A stretch of DNA of 62,899 nucleotides, counting the filler, from Diploschistes diacapsis (taxonomy: Eukaryota), in NCBI GenBank assembly GCA_023645945.1. It is 8 parts of 8 records of this genome, joined end to end, with 100 filler letters (N's around TTAATTAATTAA, not from the genome) between each part and the next. Parts side by side here need not be neighbours in the genome. Positions count along the whole stretch, not along the records: positions 1 to 27,412 come from JALAIB010000162.1; positions 27,513 to 32,509 come from JALAIB010001622.1; positions 32,610 to 37,604 come from JALAIB010001623.1; 5 more parts are not named here. One strand, 5' to 3'. Position 1 is the stretch's first letter. Each line of letters starts with the position of its first letter. Of this stretch, positions 23,250 to 35,534 are shown piece by piece. The notes beneath the pieces were generated by a model. The model had not been told where the DNA came from, did no database searches, and saw only the letters and a program-made list of their open reading frames with translations. The position numbers and the translations under genes are program-made.

Positions 23250-24099
23250 GCTCTATTGGTGGAATGGTCAGACGCTGCAGAGTAATTGCTCAACCGACAG
23301 CAAGGGGTTAAGGAAATAAACTTGAAGAGGAGCTGGGAGAGCATTAGAAATGAAGAAAGGATTGAAGCATTTCAGCGGTTAGGATTTGACGCCTCATGAG
23401 GGCCTTTATCTAAGTTGCTTTCCTGTACCACGTTGCATCAGGTACAGCCCCAACTTTGCCGTTACTGCACCGTAAACAGTCAACCGCACCAATACAAGGG
23501 AACGACTGCGATTGTTTAACTCAGTACTTTTAAAGGTGATATTCAAGACCGCGAGAGTGGTCGCGTTTGTCTATCAGGTGGGCAGGTAATGCACACAAGT
23601 CAGGACTTCAGTGACTGGTGCCGTCCCATTAATTGATGATCCGTTGATCCGATCATTGATGGCCAGTGATAACTGGACACCCGGTTATCTTGTTTTATCT
23701 AAAGCATACCCACTAACCAGCTTGTTGAAACGTGTTTCAACAGCAGTTTGATCCTTCTTAAGCTAATGTTCCAAACGTTCCAAGCCAGATGTCTGCGGGG
23801 TATGCAGCTTGAAGACGATCTTGGCACAAAGTGTGCGGCCCATTTGTATGGTCGGAACGGAGTCTGTGGTTGGGGCGCCAAGGGCTCTTGATGGGCTGTT
23901 GGTCAATTCCTAGCACAGGAAGGTTACCGACCTACCGAAAGCACTGATCGCGTATGCGTTTAGAAAGGGAACATAATACGGAGGATTGTGCGAGCGGCAT
24001 TGCTTCGAAGGAAACATAATCAGGCCAGGAATTTGCTCTGGAGCAAAACGAACCAGAGCTCTCAATGAACGCCAGACTCCGCTCATCCTACTCGCGCTA

Positions 24100-25401
24100 C
24101 TATTCTAATTGTACGCTAATATCCCGTCGGATATTGATACCTTTCAACGGCATGGACCGCCGTTCCTTTACGCTGGACTCTAAGGCATTCGATGCGCCCG
24201 CGGACACGCTGACATACGTGCCGAAAAATGGGGCTTCATAGATGTTATTCCACTGCGGCTGCCACAGGCGCTGTTGATCCTGTTCCGGCCTGCATCTATC
24301 TCGAATAACTGGCGCTTGCACACCGACCTTGTTTCTGGGACGGAGCAGTGACCGATAGCCGAACTGCGTCCCTCTCTGGGTGAGCTGGAAGATTGCTGGC
24401 AGGCAGACAGCGAAAATAGACAGTCCTGCCTCCGCAACGGCCCAATAAAGATAGGATATCAGGGCGTCTATGGTAGTTTTGTTACTAGATTAACCAAATG
24501 AGTACGGCGGACCTCACGTACAACTAAAGTCGTTATCAATTTCTTGATATCCAACTTGCACAGACATAATCAGCCGGCCAAGCGATAAGAAGGCGACGCT
24601 GCATAATAGTGAGTTAAAGTATTTCATGTCTAGCTGGGCACTCACCCGTATCCAAGTATGAAGGAGATGGAGATAGCCACTTTCCTGGGCCAGCGTAAAC
24701 TTAGTTTGATCACTTGTGGTATAGGGAGAACCAGGATCAGAATATCATTAGCAAGATTACCGATGTTCGCTACCAGATAGGTCGTAAAGGCATCGATGCA
24801 TTGTTCTCTTGTTTCTGCGAGCGTCCAATAGGCCGAAATGGGTCTGCAAACAAAAAAAGCATCGAAAACAAATAATGCTGCTAGCCAAACAAGAGAAGTA
24901 CAACAAAGGAGGTAATAGACAACCTTCCAAGTGCAGTTAGGACTGCGCCGAACGTTGAAGATACGACCGTAGAATGCAAGGACGGATAACCGCACCAGCG
25001 AGGTGGTGACATCCCAAATGAGTTGGGCGCCATAGAGAATTTGAAGGTCGTGGGAGAATACCGCCGGGTCTATTTGCTTTGAATGTTGCCCAATTCCATG
25101 ATTGAGTAGGTACGAGACTATTATGGTATCCGCCAGTGCCAGAGGCTGGTCGGTAATATTAGTGTTCCCTTCGAATCAAGGATGGCTTCATCTTAAGGAC
25201 TGACAAGTGCGCCGAGTACTAGCCAGTCATCCAAGCTGTCAGTCAATCAATATGAGAAGTTAACAACGGGTCATGAGGGAATCCTAACTGAAATCTTAAT
25301 CCATTGGAGATAAAATTAGCCCAGCATCGAAGGCTAAGGGATATAACTGCAATTATCATGTTGACGATGGTGAAGGGCAAAAGCCCAGAAAGTGGATACA
25401 T
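24100..25401 (-). CDS. Second PTH11-like/fungal rhodopsin-domain integral membrane protein, intact, 5 exons
   Basis: SLRCWA, LDDWL, GIGQH, VRLSVLAFYGRIF, CRPISAYW, NDILILVLPIPQV, YWAVAEAGLSIFAVCLP. Four introns splice in frame; ATG at 25401. Confidence 0.82.
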
Positions 25402-25869
25402 GATAATAAAAATCGAAGTATCCAAGAAAAAGAGGGAGAAATGTCGAGATCTAGTATTGCTCACCTTGAAATAACAAAATGAGGGGAGGAAAAGCTGAGG
25501 CGTATCCGCGTAACATAACATGCATTCTGTGTGGCCGCCATGCAGGTGCCCTCAGAACAGAATGTGAGCGCTGATCAGTGCGGCGCTACATAAAAAAAGC
25601 TCAATGTGTTTGATCAGCGCAAGCCTTTGTTCTAGGGTCACTTCGTAGTGGAACAAGTATCCTCAAAGTAACGTTAGGATTTGCCTTAACTTTACCCATC
25701 TGCACCCTAGTGGCGCCGTGAGCCCACTGAAAAAGGACATTTAAGCATGTTCTTGTTGTCTGTGGCTAAGCCATCCATCCTGAGATTGAGTCAGGTTTGT
25801 CGCAAATAAAAAAAAGGCTAGCGGCTGCTCGCTGGCGTTGGCCATTTTAATATCTATTCATCATGAATT

Positions 25870-26151
25870 TTGATCTGCCAAAATCGTAGGTTTCGCGGGT
25901 TTTGCCATGTTTCGCCAAATTTTTAACGAAAATGAAACCTGTTGAAAGTGGTTAATACTGAATGAAACAAATAGATGCTTATATCGACGCGCAAGAGTAA
26001 TAAACTAAATATTAAGTTAAATAAACAAATACGATTTTATAAGCCAATTTGCGCACTTAATGAAGCATTGATGAATACGCAAAATAAATCATTTAAAAAC
26101 TCTTGAATAACAAATTATATTAATATTTAAAATACTTTTGGCACGTGACTG
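25870..26151. mobile_element. Tc1/impala-like transposon end, AT-rich relic
   Basis: Minus strand TA|CAGTCACGTGCCAAAAGTATT (TA at 26152-26153) resembles Tc1-family TIR starts. AT-rich interior; partner TIR not found. Confidence 0.4.
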
Positions 26152-26278
26152 TATCAACTGCCCCCAGCCATGGCCCCCCGGATCACGCTAATAAACCACG
26201 ATAAACGGAAGGTCCACATAACCTAGAGGCTTGGTAATATCAGAAACCTAAATGAATGAACCTCGTTAAATCACTCCT

Positions 26279-26614
26279 TTGTTGCTGCCAAGCCGTTTGA
26301 TCGAGTATGCACTCGACCCACGAGCTCTTAGCAACGCTCCGTACGAAGCATGCCCGCTCGGAGCTTTGGTACACTACACATTGATCACTCGCTCTGTCAC
26401 AATATCCTCGACACAACTGAACTCCCTTATTTATAAGCTAGTACTTTCAACTGGGTCCAGCAAAAGCAAGGCAGCGGCGACAACTCTCGTAGTTTGGCTT
26501 TGCCTTGTGGGCAGTCTCGCTGCCAAAGCTAGCAATCCTCAGAAACGATGGCTCGTCAATCACGTAGCCGCTGCGGTCAAGCTCGACAGTAGCTGGCCGA
26601 TGGGCTGTAATTAG
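26279..26614 (+). pseudogene. Possible C-terminal fragment of a fungal-specific transcription factor
   Basis: EACPLGALVH..LVVWLCLVGSLAA..KRWLVNHV loosely resembles the C-terminal region of Zn2Cys6-type proteins. No DNA-binding domain seen. Confidence 0.25.
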
Positions 26615-27045
26615 ATTTAGTGATTATAAGAACAAGCTTCTGGCCTGCTCGGATGGAAGGACATGGTTAAAAATAGGATGCTGTTCTAATCTGATGAAGG
26701 AAGCCGTGCTGTCGTCTAGACGCAGGATATGGTGCACAATTGGTGGGAATGCAGTCGGGTTGAAATATGGTAGACGGAAAAGGGCGTAGCCAGATTTCGG
26801 TAGATCATCGGATTCGAAGATATGCATTCATGACGGAAGCTCCTCGAGGGGTGGGTCTGTTATTCTGCAAATCCCTCAGCGACCCAGAGGTATAGCTGCA
26901 GATAGGCGTCAAGGCGACGCGGTCCGGTAGTCACTGGAAACATAGTCCGTATGAATCCATTTGCTACAGCTTGCACACGCTGGGAGTAACCACAGCCTCA
27001 ACCCCTCAGCCCTCTGCTGAATCAACGGTTCCGGCGCTCCCGGCC

Positions 27046-27412
27046 TCAAGCCTCCTCCCCCAGCGCGAAGCGGCGCCAATTCCTCCCCAGCCTCCTCACT
27101 CCATCCTCCAGGCCCCATCCCCTCAACTCGCAAACCCCCCTCACCATCTCCTCCAGCAAGCCATCCATCCGCTCCCCCGCACAGTGCAGATCGCTCTCCA
27201 CCAGTATCCTGTCCTCGGGCAGCCGCCTGATGACCTCCCTCGCCTTCTCCGCCGCGGAAGTCGAGAAATTGATCAGCCTCGAGAACGAGAAGAAGACGTC
27301 GGCCGGCACGGAGGGGTCGAGATACTGCTTCAGAGCCTCCGGCGGGCCGGAGTACGAGTGCAGGCAGATCCGGGGCGGGAAGGGCTTGGACCACTTCTCC
27401 TCCCCCTCCATC
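27046..27412 (-). CDS. scn1: TatD-family DNase / Cut9-interacting protein Scn1, C-terminal part (cut by contig end)
   Basis: [43 protein letters not shown]. Confidence 0.8.
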
Positions 27413-27512
27413 NNNNNNNNNNNNNNNNNNNNNNNNNNNNNNNNNNNNNNNNNNNNTTAATTAATTAANNNNNNNNNNNNNNNNNNNNNNNNNNNNNNNN
27501 NNNNNNNNNNNN
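27413..27512. other. Artificial contig linker
   Basis: 44N-TTAATTAATTAA-44N, with stops in all six frames. Confidence 0.98.
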
Positions 27513-28242
27513 TGGGGTATGAAGGGGGTGGGTTGGAGATGGAGCGGGCGCAGGAGGTTAAGGGTTCGGTAGGGTCGAGGTTGAGGTCGAGGTTGAGGTC
27601 AGAGGCTAATAGGTCGTCTTCGGAGTCGTGGTCAATGGATTGGTCTAGGTTTAATTCATCTTCTGGATCGGGCGAGGCGATTTTCTGTTCCTCTGTGGAT
27701 CCTTTCGGTTTTTGTGCGGTTTTTTTAGCTCGTGGGCGGCCTTTGATGATCTGGCGTACTGCTGTAGGTGTATATTCGAATTCGCCATCCTTGACTACAG
27801 GGACTTTGACGGCTGAAACAGGCTCTTCTTCCTTTGCGGACTCTGTTGCCTTCTTTGGAGGGCGGCCTTTGCGCTTTGGTGGGGCTTTTTCGGTGATCTT
27901 TTGTGCTGTAGCAGGCGCTTCGCTGGAGTTGGGCTTTGGTGTAGCTTCGACATTGTCGGTTTCTTCCTCTGTGACGTTCTCTTCACTAGCTTGTGTTTTT
28001 GAAGCAGCCCTCCTAGATGTCTTTCGTGCTGCTACCGTCTTCGGCTTCCCAGCGCTCAGCCGCTTTGCCGCAGGCTTGGTTTTTCTAGCTCCTTTTGCCT
28101 TGCCTTTACCTTTTGTTATTGCCACCGTCTCTTCATTCTCCTGGTTAGAAGCTTCTGCAGTTGGTACGTCGGCATTGGGCTGCTCTTCGTCGGAATCGAT
28201 CATGCCCGCTAGAGACGCGGCAGCCTTAGCCCAGGGCGGCAT
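27513..28242 (-). CDS. Lys-rich protein N-terminus, possibly monopolin subunit Csm1/Pcs1 (cut by contig end)
   Basis: MPPWAKAAASLAGMIDSDEE, KRKGRPPKK and DGEFEYTP recall filamentous-fungal Pcs1 N-termini. The diagnostic C-terminal domain is not in the window. Confidence 0.45.
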
Positions 28243-28667
28243 TGTAGCTTGTGTTTGTGAAGACAAGCCACAAGTTCAGAACCTGCCGGAATTTTGACGC
28301 TGATGGTGTCAATAGGCGGTTGGCATAAGAGACGACAAGTGGTTGCCCGGCATGCATTGAAAACGTGTGAAATTGGAGAATAGTAAACAGATCGCGTAAA
28401 CGAACTCGCTAAAGAAGCGTGTTCTGGAATCTGGAGACAATATTGAGTTCAGCCCTATCAGGGACACTTTCTCTTTTGAGGGTTAATGGGATCTAAGTTA
28501 ATCTTGGCTTCCTACGTCATGCATCTCGTCAGCAACAATCCTACAATGTAGATAAGATATCTACCTTCCTTTTGCCGAGATCAAAATGACTCTTTATTCG
28601 CTGCACGGACCTCTCCGCGTTCTTGAATCTATTACTTCTGAAGCGCGAGTTCACTTCGACGCTGACC

Positions 28668-31600
28668 ATGCCGCCCTTTGTTTCGCGCAAACGGCATGCC
28701 TCTGCAACACCGCCAGAGGGACCTTCTCCTAAAAGAACCAGAGCAGCGCCACCTTCCAAATCTGCAGATAGACCTGCGGCATCTGTGCACGATAAAAAGT
28801 TGTTCTTAGATTCCATAGTAGGCTCCGATGAATCTTCCCTCAGCAATGCAGACAGCGACGAGTTTGAGGATGTCATGCCAGCGGTCAACAGAAAGAAGGG
28901 CAAGGACGAGAGCGAGGACGACGAGGAGGTTGACTGGGAGGATGCCCTCAAATCAGACACCAAAGCTGTCTCGGCTGCGCCTAAGCCAACCTTAGGAGGG
29001 AATCTACAGCTTACGCTTGATGACCGTGACCAGGTCATATCCTACAATGACGGGAGGAAAAAGGGCCCAAGCAAGCTCGACAGGCAGAAGCGTTTAGATG
29101 CACATCGCATGCATGTACAGTTTCTCATGTTCCATAATACGATCCGCAACGGCTGGGCTTGCGACAAGAAAACGCAAGAGATACTGGTTTCTCAACTGCC
29201 ATCGCAGATACAGGAGGTAGTAGAGAAGTGGAGACGAGATTGCGGTGGTGCTCTCGAGTCGCAGTCACAACCACCACAAGTGACACACAAAGGCAACGGC
29301 AAGAACAATGCTAGCAAGAAGAGCAAACAATCACAACGCGATTGGGGAGGCACTGCAGAGCGGCTCGAGAAAGGGGCAATCAACTTGAGCCGTGGCGATC
29401 CAACGATCAGACTCCTTCAGTATCTGGCTAAGTACTGGTATAGACGTTTCCATGTGACTGCGCCTGGATTGCGAAAAATAGGCCACAGATCTGTCAGAGA
29501 GTTGCAAAGGGAGGTGGCGTCCTTTCGAAACGAGAAGCATGATCCCGAGGAGCATGGCGAGAGAATAATATCCATCAAGGAATTCCGGCAATGCGCAACT
29601 CGCTGTGAAGGGAGCCGAGATATAGGCGCACAGCTTTTTACTGCATTAGTTCGAGGTCTGGGAGTTGACGCTAGATTTGTTGCTAGTTTGCAACCAACAG
29701 GTTTTGGTTGGAACAAGAACGAGGAGGCCCTGCCCAAGAAGAAACAAAAGCAGGCTTTGGAAAACCTTGAAAGAGAAACCAGTGATACAGATGGGGAAGG
29801 CGGAGTCAATTCTCTAGGCAACGCTCAGCCGGCTCGAAGAGCTTCGAAAAATGACGCGAAGAGGTCGACTCGGAAAGCAAGGATGGAAGCCCAAGATGGT
29901 TCCAAGGAGACCCCTTTCGACCTTTATAGTGATAGTGAGCTCAGTGATCTTGGACCAAACTCTGATGATTCTGTGGAGGAAATAACTGCACCATCGAAGC
30001 GGAAGACAACGAGGAAATTGGACCGTGACCTGAAGTTCCCCATATACTGGACGGAAGTCATATCACCGGTTACGTACAAAGTTTATCCAGTGGATTCGAT
30101 GATACTAGCCGCACCAGCCACGAATGAAGAACAACTAGTGGCTTTTGAGCCGAGAGGTTCCAAAGCAGAAAAGGCAAAACAAGTGATGGCATACGTGATT
30201 GCTCATTCTGCTGATGGTACGGCAAAGGAAGTCACTACGCGATATCTGAAAGGGCACATGTGGCCAGGCAAGACGAAGGGCGTACGAGTACCGCCGGAAA
30301 AAGTGCCTATTTACAACAAGCGGGGTAAAGTCAAGCGGTATGAGGAGTATGATTGGTTCAAGACTGTTATGAGTGGCTACCGGAGAAGAGACCATCAAAG
30401 AAAGCAGGTCGATGATATCGAAGATGCCACGGACCTGAAACCTGCTACCGTGGAAAAGAAAGTGCCCAAGGAAGGCGAAGAAAGCCTGCAGTGGTACAGG
30501 CAGTCTGCAGAATTCTGCCTGGAAAGGCTCCTTCGGCGGGAAGAAGCTCTTATCCCGGGTTCCAAGCCCGTGAAGGCCTTCAAGTCTGGGAAAGCTGACA
30601 ACGCAAAAGAAGAGCCTGTGTTTAGACGAGCAGACGTCGTGCCAGTCAAAACTGAAGAGTCTTGGCACAAAGAAGGTCGACATCCAAAGCCTGATGCCCA
30701 GCCAATCAAGTACGCACCTTACAGAGCAGTAACTACTGCGCGAAAGCGCGAGATTGAAGACCTGACTCGACGGAACAATGGAGTCAAGCCGATGCAAGGT
30801 CTATACTCGAAGGACCAGACAGAGTATATCATCCCACCTCCGATCGAGAACGGCGTGATCCCCAAGAACCAGTATGGCAACATTGACTGCTTTGTGCCGA
30901 GGATGGTACCGAAGGGAGCTGTGCACGTACCATGTCGTGGGCTAGTCAAAGTTTGTAAGAAAATGGAGATTGACTACGCTGAAGCTGTGACTGGATTCGA
31001 GTTTGGGAACCGAATGGCTGTCCCGGTTGTTCAGGGCGTTGTCGTTGCGGCCGAATACGAAGAAGCGCTTCTTGCTGCCTGGGAAGAGGAGGAGGAGAAA
31101 AGGCAGATCAGAGAAGACGAAAAGAGGCAAGCATTAATTCTAGGCACTTGGCGCAAATATCTCATGGGCCTACGTATACTTGAGAAGATGAGAACCGAAT
31201 ACGGGGTCGACGATGCCGCTCAGTCCAGAGATTCTGTCAATCCATTTACCAATCCAAACAAGGTTGCAGCACCCCAGAATCTAAATAATCAAGATGATGA
31301 TGCCGCATACGAAGATACCCAGGGGGGGTTCGTTCGCGAAGACGAAAGTGAAAACGAGGCACAAGAAGACGACTTCGTTGGTGAGCTGGAAATAATCGAT
31401 GACCGAAAGAAGCAGCGAAATGCGTCGTTTGCTGAAGGATTCATGACAGCCACCTCCGAGGAGTTTTCCGACAAGATCTTTGACAATCAGCATGAAAATA
31501 CCATGAGCTCTGAGCTAAGTAGTCACGGCGATGAGCTAATCAAAGAAGCTACTTCTGAGTCTGAAGCTGCTCTCCCCAAAGCAAGCCGGAAGCGAAAGAA

Positions 31601-31898
31601 GACACCACAGGCTCTGCCAAAAGAGTTGTCGCGCCGACGCTCTGCTAGGACCAGGAGACAAAAGAGCAAATACTTTGAAGCCAGCTCAGACAACGATATA
31701 GCTGAAGACGAAGAGGTCCCGTCACATGGAGACGCTGAGGATGAAGCTAGGCAATATATAGAGCTCGATACATCTCAGGAAACCAAGTCTGCGAGGTCAA
31801 GGGTGTCGAAGGCCAAAGAACCATGCACCTTAAAACAATCGGAAAAACCAAGTCCCAAGAAGACTCGAGGACGAGGTAGGCCTCGAAAGACAATATAG
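28668..31898 (+). CDS. RAD4: Rad4/XPC nucleotide-excision repair protein (Rhp42/Rad34-like paralogue)
   Basis: Single ~1076-aa ORF with GSRDIGAQLFTALVRGLG, FPIYWTEV, LERLLRREEAL, IPKNQYGNID and EAVTGFEF (BHD domains). Confidence 0.93.
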   Translation: MPPFVSRKRHASATPPEGPSPKRTRAAPPSKSADRPAASVHDKKLFLDSIVGSDESSLSNADSDEFEDVMPAVNRKKGKDESEDDEEVDWEDALKSDTKAVSAAPKPTLGGNLQLTLDDRDQVISYNDGRKKGPSKLDRQKRLDAHRMHVQFLMFHNTIRNGWACDKKTQEILVSQLPSQIQEVVEKWRRDCGGALESQSQPPQVTHKGNGKNNASKKSKQSQRDWGGTAERLEKGAINLSRGDPTIRLLQYLAKYWYRRFHVTAPGLRKIGHRSVRELQREVASFRNEKHDPEEHGERIISIKEFRQCATRCEGSRDIGAQLFTALVRGLGVDARFVASLQPTGFGWNKNEEALPKKKQKQALENLERETSDTDGEGGVNSLGNAQPARRASKNDAKRSTRKARMEAQDGSKETPFDLYSDSELSDLGPNSDDSVEEITAPSKRKTTRKLDRDLKFPIYWTEVISPVTYKVYPVDSMILAAPATNEEQLVAFEPRGSKAEKAKQVMAYVIAHSADGTAKEVTTRYLKGHMWPGKTKGVRVPPEKVPIYNKRGKVKRYEEYDWFKTVMSGYRRRDHQRKQVDDIEDATDLKPATVEKKVPKEGEESLQWYRQSAEFCLERLLRREEALIPGSKPVKAFKSGKADNAKEEPVFRRADVVPVKTEESWHKEGRHPKPDAQPIKYAPYRAVTTARKREIEDLTRRNNGVKPMQGLYSKDQTEYIIPPPIENGVIPKNQYGNIDCFVPRMVPKGAVHVPCRGLVKVCKKMEIDYAEAVTGFEFGNRMAVPVVQGVVVAAEYEEALLAAWEEEEEKRQIREDEKRQALILGTWRKYLMGLRILEKMRTEYGVDDAAQSRDSVNPFTNPNKVAAPQNLNNQDDDAAYEDTQGGFVREDESENEAQEDDFVGELEIIDDRKKQRNASFAEGFMTATSEEFSDKIFDNQHENTMSSELSSHGDELIKEATSESEAALPKASRKRKKTPQALPKELSRRRSARTRRQKSKYFEASSDNDIAEDEEVPSHGDAEDEARQYIELDTSQETKSARSRVSKAKEPCTLKQSEKPSPKKTRGRGRPRKTI

Positions 31899-32443
31899 AA
31901 AAGGAATTCATTGCTTCTTTACCCTACCCAAGACTTCCATAGCCACAGCACTATGCAGCACGATCCCATGGGATTCTTATAGATTGTTAAACATTACGTC
32001 TAGAATGTTGAAAATATGAGTGAACAGCTTGTGCTAATGGAAATGACACAACAGACCGAATGTTCAATCCGATTCTTGCTTGCCCCTACAGCAATCCCTG
32101 ACTCATCCAGACACTTTAACACGATGTATGTGTAGGAGCAAGGCATCATTTGAGCCTCATTCACTTTCGATTGACTCTTTTTGACTGAAATATGGGCCCA
32201 CGCCTTCTTAGACTAAAGATATTCTTTGATTGGTGAGAAACTTTTCTAACAAAGAGTTCAATCCTGTTGAGGCTCGTGGTTCAAGTCTTGTGCAACACCA
32301 TTGTCCTTTTGTTTTAATTCTCCAACAGAGTCTAGGCCAGCTAAGCTTCAGCAACTTCTCAAACTTTCACACATCTCAGCCAAAGCTACCACACCCTCAT
32401 CGTCACGATGAACTCGACGACTCCAACCAACCGTCTTTCCAAA

Positions 32444-32509
32444 ATGCTCTTCTCACTCACCGTCTTCCTCTCCCTCCTCACCAGCCCCTCCATCGCCCTC
32501 ACCCTCCCC
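32444..32509 (+). CDS. Possible secreted-protein N-terminus (cut by contig end)
   Basis: MLFSLTVFLSLLTSPSIALTLP is signal-peptide-like and open to the gap. Confidence 0.3.
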
Positions 32510-32609
32510 NNNNNNNNNNNNNNNNNNNNNNNNNNNNNNNNNNNNNNNNNNNNTTAATTAATTAANNNNNNNNNNNNNNNNNNNNNNNNNNNNNNNNNNN
32601 NNNNNNNNN
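32510..32609. other. Artificial contig linker
   Basis: 44N-TTAATTAATTAA-44N. Confidence 0.98.
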
Positions 32610-34013
32610 GTGTAGGATGGTGGGTTTTTGATGTGAGGGTTTTCTCTTTCTTGATCGAAAAACCAGAAGGGTAAAATTTTGACGGGTCCTCGGTACTAGG
32701 TAGTAGGTAGGTAGGTAGGGCAAAAAGGGTTCGATTGTTGGTTAGAAGACTAGTGTCTGGACTGAGGACCAGAGTCCGGCAGCAAGTCGAGTATTGTATT
32801 GTCCTTCCAGAGGCATTCCTTGCGGGAAAGTCAGGCTTCGAAGCGACGCGCGATGGAAAGGAGTAAAGCAGCAATTGCGATGATAATCGGATGTGAAGAT
32901 TCAAGCGACGACAGAGGGCAGTACTAATAGATAGCTTTTACGAGCCAGCATTGCTGTCTGAGCAGGCAGGTAGGTAGTCAGGCAGGGCCCCCCCCCCCCA
33001 GTTGACTCGGGCAATATTAAAAGTGTGTGCACAGGGACCCAAAGAATTAGATACATAGTTTTAACATGGCCTTGTTCAGTCAGCAGCAGCAGCAGCAGTG
33101 GTATGTTGGCCGGCATTTCCCCTGCTCGTGGCTAGGGATACTTACTGTATGTATGTTGTATTTTGTAGAATAGTCTAACTACATTCAAAGCCACTAATTA
33201 GTGTGGACAACTTCTGCTGCTCTAGCCCAGTTGCAAATATAAATTGAGCTTGCTTGTGTTCCCAATTTCCCACCACAGCTATTCACATGTACGACAGGCA
33301 GGTAGATAGAAATTCGATACTGTTGGGATTGATCATTATGCTGTTAAGGTTCCAGATGATGCAAGCAAGCTGCGAGCCTGCTCCTGTGTATTATTATAAT
33401 GTAATGTAATGTAATGTAATATACTGTAAAAGATAAAGGACGACCTCCTTCTGTAATTTATTTTAGTTTACTTTAATTTCTGTCGCTACTGGACCTTTTA
33501 TTCCACCGATGCATACCTCCTCGGGGTACCTACCTACCTACACATTCGTCTCTGCCATCAATCTACTACGCATGTATGAATCCAACTTTACCTTCTGTCC
33601 TTGATATGGCTGTCTTGGCTGCTACGATGCATCCATCGTCGTGGATACGGGAGTACTTCCGCTCTCGTCAAAATAGTCTCCGGGTTTGGAAAGTGGGAGT
33701 GGTACGAAATACTGGACTCTAGCCTTGAGACGTACTTGTTAGAGAGGGGGACAGCCTTTGCAATTTAGCCCCAGTCCAGTAACTGGTCTTCCAATTTGCT
33801 TGTTCACGATGGGAAAGGGGGGATGGAGCGGAACAGGGTGAGACTTTCGATCTGCGAGGTTCAGGGTCGGGCATATTACTAGAATGCGGACCGTTTTATA
33901 ACACAACAACAATAACAACAACAACGCAACAACTCAACGACTCCGAGGGAGCGGAAAGTGGAGGATGTGGAGGATGAGCTGCATGCACGGTGAGTGGTGG
34001 TAAGTGGTAGGGG

Positions 34014-34036
34014 GTGTGTGTGTGTGTGTGTGTGTG
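34014..34036. repeat. (GT)n microsatellite
   Basis: Direct reading. Confidence 0.9.
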
Positions 34037-35498
34037 TTGTGAAAGAAAAGAGCACGATCGGTAATGTTCAAAATGACGATACAAGAGGGGCGCCAAGACT
34101 ACTACTGCAAGATTGGGGGCTGGCTGTACAGACCGAGTATTAAATTATTTAGTAAATAATGAGTTAAGAGTTGCAGCCACGATGTCCACGAGGTGCACGG
34201 GAGGGGCGTCACCCCCAAACAACCAAGCCAATAGCCAATTTGGGTCAAGGCGCATAAGAAACCCATGTGTGAGCTATCACGGGGGAGCACCAATTACTCC
34301 AATAGGCTCTTCTTATACATGGCACAGCAGAATATTATTGTATCTCCTCGGCCTCAACTATCGAGACAGAGGTTTCCTGCGGAATGGCTGCTAGTAGACC
34401 TTCATCCAACTTACCGGGCGTTTCCGCACTCAAGATGAATTGTTTCATACCCGTAAAGCATGTTGGCGCGACAGTCGCCAGTATCGGATTGGAAGCGCAT
34501 GGATGTCGAGCAAACAAACGCTTGGTGACCAACAGCCTCTGTTACTGGCGCAAAAAAAGCGAAAAAAGCGAATATCCTGCCACGTGGCTTTTGCGTAGGT
34601 TTCCGATGTCCCAGCCTCATGTTGCTAGAACTAGATACGATAAGGGTGCCAACCCAATGTAGAGGGATAGCTGAGAGCCTTTTAATTTCGGGGTCTAAGA
34701 AAAAACGCCGCAATGCTCTTGGCGCAACAAATGTATCGGTATAACATAGTTAGGCTTTGCAAACAACCGCGGCGTACATCCCGCGGGCATAATTAGCCTC
34801 CTCTCCTGCTATGGCTTGCCCAACGAGTATCGATATCGGACGTCGGCTCAAAACCGATGGATCTTCCAATTCAATGTGTCCACTCGTACGCCGATCGCTG
34901 ATCCTCTCCTCGACATATCATATCGATTTCTGGACGTAGTGCCTGCAAATAGGAATCAATTTCGAGTTTTATCACAAGACCAGGTTTGGGCACGAGACAA
35001 GGCTGTTTGATTTCGCAACGGCCCGAAACCGCCCAGCCCACGTGGCAGAGGACTGCTATGAATTCATAAGATTTTTGGTGAGTGCCGAGCTCCGTACAAC
35101 TTAGTGCGGCTTTGTCTCCTCGTCCATCGTTCCATCGTATCAAGAGCGGCAAGGCAAGCCATATGCCTACCTATGCTTGCTGGCTTGCATTCTTTGGCTT
35201 ATTTTGTACTTTATAGCTAGCTAAAGGCCTGAAACAGAAGTCCAAAAATCCCGACATCTTGGGTCGTGCGGCGTAACTGCAGAGACTGCTTTTATGTGTT
35301 CTTCTTGACGGTTTAAAAGGGGATCAGAAGCGTTGAAAGAGCGGATGATAGCTGAGAAATAAAGCAGCGTCAAAAGTGCCCCGCGGAACAGCGCCCTGAA
35401 CTCTCTGAACTCTCTGTTGTGTCCGTAACCTTGATGGGATATGGATCATGTTGTACCGCAAAAGTCAGATGGTCCCACTTGTCCCACCGTTCCACCGT

Positions 35499-35500
<2 letters not shown>

Positions 35501-35531
<31 letters not shown>
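35501..35531. repeat. (CA)n microsatellite
   Basis: Direct reading. Confidence 0.9.

Positions 35532-35534
<3 letters not shown>

Noticed and set aside
27457..27468. TTAATTAATTAA palindrome repeated seven times, and ORFs ending in X..LIN
   Set aside because: Artificial linker, always centred in 88 Ns.
27533..28297. 254-aa plus-strand ORF (likewise 30135-30797, 39614-40120, 45785-46330, 49038-49547, 51377-52003, 59671-60156)
   Set aside because: Antisense shadows of real genes.
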